From contig JAEOSZ010000076.1 of the NCBI GenBank assembly GCA_016840095.1, forward strand, positions 1-18,371: a stretch of DNA of 18,371 nucleotides, written 5' to 3'. Numbering within the stretch: position 1 is the first letter of the stretch; every line of letters begins with the position of its first letter. Both the position numbers and the translations under genes were made by a program. The notes beneath the pieces were generated by a model. The model worked only from the letters and a program-made list of their open reading frames with translations. It was not told where the DNA came from and did not search any database. Source of the DNA: Candidatus Heimdallarchaeota archaeon (GTDB lineage: Archaea; Asgardarchaeota; Heimdallarchaeia; Heimdallarchaeales; Heimdallarchaeaceae). Shown here piece after piece: positions 15,991-18,371 of this stretch.

Positions 15991-17946
15991 TTATTTAGTA
16001 AAAATAGTTTGTAAATAGCTTGAAAGATGAATACGATCATTTAAATCAAAGCTTTGTTTATCTTGAATCTTACTTTTTAAATTTCTCCAGATATTTGAAG
16101 AATCTTGATATTCTCTAAGTAATACTCGAAATTTGCTTATAGCTGAGTAAGATTTTCCCATAAAAGCATAGCACAATTTGAAACCATCTATCTCTTGAAA
16201 AATCACGTTAAAGCCATTAACTTTTACTCTCTCGATAAATTTTTCTGAATCTTTCTGTGAGATTTCAGTTTCAGATATTATTTCCGTTAATTTGACTATC
16301 ATCATTTCAGTTAAATTAGATGATTCGAAATTCTCAGTAAAAATTATAGAACCAATATGATTAATCATTAAAAATACACTAGGTTTTTCTGTTTCAAGAA
16401 CAATATCCTCATATGAGATTTTGTTTTTCACAAATTTATCTAATAATTCTTCCAAACATGTAAGTTCCATTCTGTCAATTATATCCGGGAGTTGATGTGT
16501 AGTATTATCCCAAATATCAAGTTGGTCAATAAGTTCATCATGTGCATTTGAGATAAGAGTTCCAAGTTTATGAATTCCTTTTTTATCCGCTATCATTTGA
16601 GCTTTGTTCATCAGTGCTTTAGCTTCTTTTGAATTGTTCCCAAGTAATGCTAATTGTGATTCAAACAAATATACTTCTGCAAGTAAAATAGAAGATTCTT
16701 GTTCTTCAGCTTTTCTTCTAAATCTATGTACGGTTTCTTTGAGCTTTTCAAAAATGGATAGATCCTTTAAATTGTGAAATTCCTGAACATACAAATCACA
16801 TAAATGAAATAAAGCTGTTTTGTTTATGTCTGCAAATGCAAATTTTGCAGAGGAAAGTTCCCAAAAAATTTGCTCAGCTTCTAATCGTTTATCTAAATCA
16901 TGCTCTATTCCTTGAGTCAATTTGTACTTAATAATAAGTGCTTTTAACAGATTAAACAACCTATGACTTTGGTGTATCTCTCCCTGTACGTTTTGAATTT
17001 CTTCTAGCATATCTTTATGTTCTAGTGCTCTTTCCAAATCTCCCATTTCCAAGGAAACCATACCTAGTCGATAAAGTACCTCTGAATAATGCCAATGTTT
17101 TGTATTTTTAGCTCTTTCTAAAGTTTCTTTACTTCTCTCATAATATTGGTAAACTTTTTTTACGTCTCCTTTATGCCAATGATAAATAGCCATGCTTCCG
17201 AGAAGAATTCCTATGATAAACGGTGAATTCATCTCCTCTGCTAATGATAAACTTCTTTTCGCGTGTTTGTAGGCTTTATCCAACTCTCCTCTTATCATAT
17301 AGATATCAGCCATATTACCCTCTGAACCCATTTTCAACTCAATATTACCTGTTTTTTCGCTAACAGCTAAACATCGTTCATAAAACACAAGACCCTCAGT
17401 CTTTTTATCAAACCAACTGTGAAGATTTCCTAGATCATGTAGATGCCATCCAATCTCATAATCATCATTGATTTGTTCAGCAATTTCTAGACCTTGATTC
17501 AAATCTTCTAGAATAGAATCAAAACCATAACGATAAGGTTTTCTTCTTCGCAAGTAGAATGCCTTTCTTCTTAGATACTCAATTCTTTGTTTATCTTCTA
17601 TTGAATTAATAGCTTGCTCAAAGACATCCTTCATTTCAAACGCTTTATCAATATTACCAGTTATAATATAAGTCCCCTGTAACCAAATTGCTGAATCAAA
17701 AATCAAATAATGATTACCAATTTCTTGACTCTTTTGCAAAGCTTCAAGTCCATTTTCCAGTGCTAGAGAATATGGTTGAATGAGATAATAGATTCTGCTT
17801 TTTAGTATTTTACAATTGATATAATCTTCAGTCGTAATATTCTCTTTCTCTAAATAGCGATCCAGTTGTTTAAGAGCTAAAGGGTATTTTCCGTAAATAA
17901 TCAAATTCTCAATTTCTTTTAGCTCAGGATTAAGAGAACCTTTCAC
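15991..17946 (-). CDS. Tetratricopeptide-repeat protein with a putative C-terminal longin-like domain
   Basis: TPR-like helices (e.g. 'NMADIYMIRGELDKAYKHAKRSLSLAEE', 'YRLGMVSLEMGDLERALEH') and an alpha/beta C-terminal ~130 aa. GTG start with GGGTGA SD. Confidence 0.82.
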   Translation of the reverse strand: MKGSLNPELKEIENLIIYGKYPLALKQLDRYLEKENITTEDYINCKILKSRIYYLIQPYSLALENGLEALQKSQEIGNHYLIFDSAIWLQGTYIITGNIDKAFEMKDVFEQAINSIEDKQRIEYLRRKAFYLRRRKPYRYGFDSILEDLNQGLEIAEQINDDYEIGWHLHDLGNLHSWFDKKTEGLVFYERCLAVSEKTGNIELKMGSEGNMADIYMIRGELDKAYKHAKRSLSLAEEMNSPFIIGILLGSMAIYHWHKGDVKKVYQYYERSKETLERAKNTKHWHYSEVLYRLGMVSLEMGDLERALEHKDMLEEIQNVQGEIHQSHRLFNLLKALIIKYKLTQGIEHDLDKRLEAEQIFWELSSAKFAFADINKTALFHLCDLYVQEFHNLKDLSIFEKLKETVHRFRRKAEEQESSILLAEVYLFESQLALLGNNSKEAKALMNKAQMIADKKGIHKLGTLISNAHDELIDQLDIWDNTTHQLPDIIDRMELTCLEELLDKFVKNKISYEDIVLETEKPSVFLMINHIGSIIFTENFESSNLTEMMIVKLTEIISETEISQKDSEKFIERVKVNGFNVIFQEIDGFKLCYAFMGKSYSAISKFRVLLREYQDSSNIWRNLKSKIQDKQSFDLNDRIHLSSYLQTIFTK

Positions 17947-17990
17947 AAATTCACCCTATAGTTTCAATAAAGAAACATTTACTTTTGGCT

Positions 17991-18007
17991 TATTTATAGG
18001 TTTTTTG
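17991..18007 (-). promoter_or_regulatory. BRE/TATA promoter of the TPR gene
   Basis: Minus strand A-tract followed by CC-TATAAATA, about 45-50 nt upstream of the GTG. Confidence 0.6.
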
Positions 18008-18022
18008 GGAAAAGTAGTAGAC

Positions 18023-18353
18023 AACTGAGCCGAACATAGCGACCAGTTGTTCGACATCATATCAGAAGCCGTTTCTTAACCATAAGCTCCACGCCGCTTG
18101 CTATGGGCACCACATATCAGTCTTAGAGCTGCTTACTTCCGTACCTGGCCCATTTTGACTTCAACCTTTCTAACGATTTCCTCCGAAACCGCCTCCAGTG
18201 TACACAGTCTCATAGGGCAGCGCTTCGACGCCATCCGATTAAGGCGTATCAACCTCAACGAAGCCTCAGCAACAGCATTCACCCCAGCATATAGAGCGCT
18301 TCTGGTACAAGGACGCCCTAGGTCCCCGGCTAGTCGTTGCTATCGACTCAGTT
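18023..18353 (-). other. Bulge-helix-bulge processing stem enclosing the SRP RNA (arms 18330-18353 and 18023-18046)
   Basis: 5' arm AACUGAGUCGA-UAGC-AAC-GACUAG pairs with 3' arm CUGGUC-GCUA-UGU-UCGGCUCAGUU as 11 bp, 3-nt bulge, 4 bp, 3-nt bulge, 6 bp. Confidence 0.8.
18041..18335 (-). ncRNA. ffs: Signal recognition particle RNA (archaeal 7S RNA)
   Basis: Minus strand shows helix 8 GCCAGGUAC-GGAA-GUAAGCAGC (SRP54 site) and helix 6 GCGGUUUC-GGAG-GAAAUCGU (SRP19 site). The Alu domain has a UGUA turn and complementary loops UAGGGCG/CGCUCUA. Helix 1 is GACUAG/CUGGUC; length is about 295 nt. Confidence 0.95.
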
Positions 18354-18371
18354 TCTAGTAAGCAGAAGAGG

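Noticed and set aside
2959-16018. Short shadow ORFs (2959, 3071, 4415, 4850, 8282, 8359, 10365, 11143, 12695, 13227, 13554, 13697, 14139, 15319, 15824)
   Set aside because: All overlap well-supported genes in antisense or alternative frames and have no recognisable motifs.
18098-18358. 86-aa ORF on the plus strand
   Set aside because: It is antisense to the SRP RNA.

Overview
AT-rich archaeal core-genome region, most likely from an Asgard archaeon. This is inferred from archaeal DnaG, NusA-like protein, Hjc, pelota, Pth2, L40e, BRE/TATA promoters, GGTGA Shine-Dalgarno sites and a TPR protein with a longin-like C-terminus. Most genes serve translation or RNA metabolism (tyrS, dnaG, rpl40e, NusA-like, pth2, truD, Ard1/RimI-type acetyltransferase, pelota, TtuA/Ncs6). 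The others are hjc, a radical SAM enzyme, a site-2 protease, rubrerythrin and an orphan C5-cytosine methyltransferase. Four genes are absent from the ORF track: tRNA-Val(CAC), the SRP (7S) RNA, rpl40e and a putative unclassified ~220-nt structured RNA between tyrS and the tRNA. Three observations stand out. (1) The SRP RNA is enclosed in a processing stem with canonical 3-4-3 bulge-helix-bulge geometry, predicting excision and circularisation by the tRNA-splicing machinery. (2) The 220-nt RNA has its own promoter and twin T-loop-like hairpins. (3) The methyltransferase has Dnmt2-like motifs and starts directly behind a C38-bearing tRNA-Val. No CRISPR array, transposase or integrase was seen.
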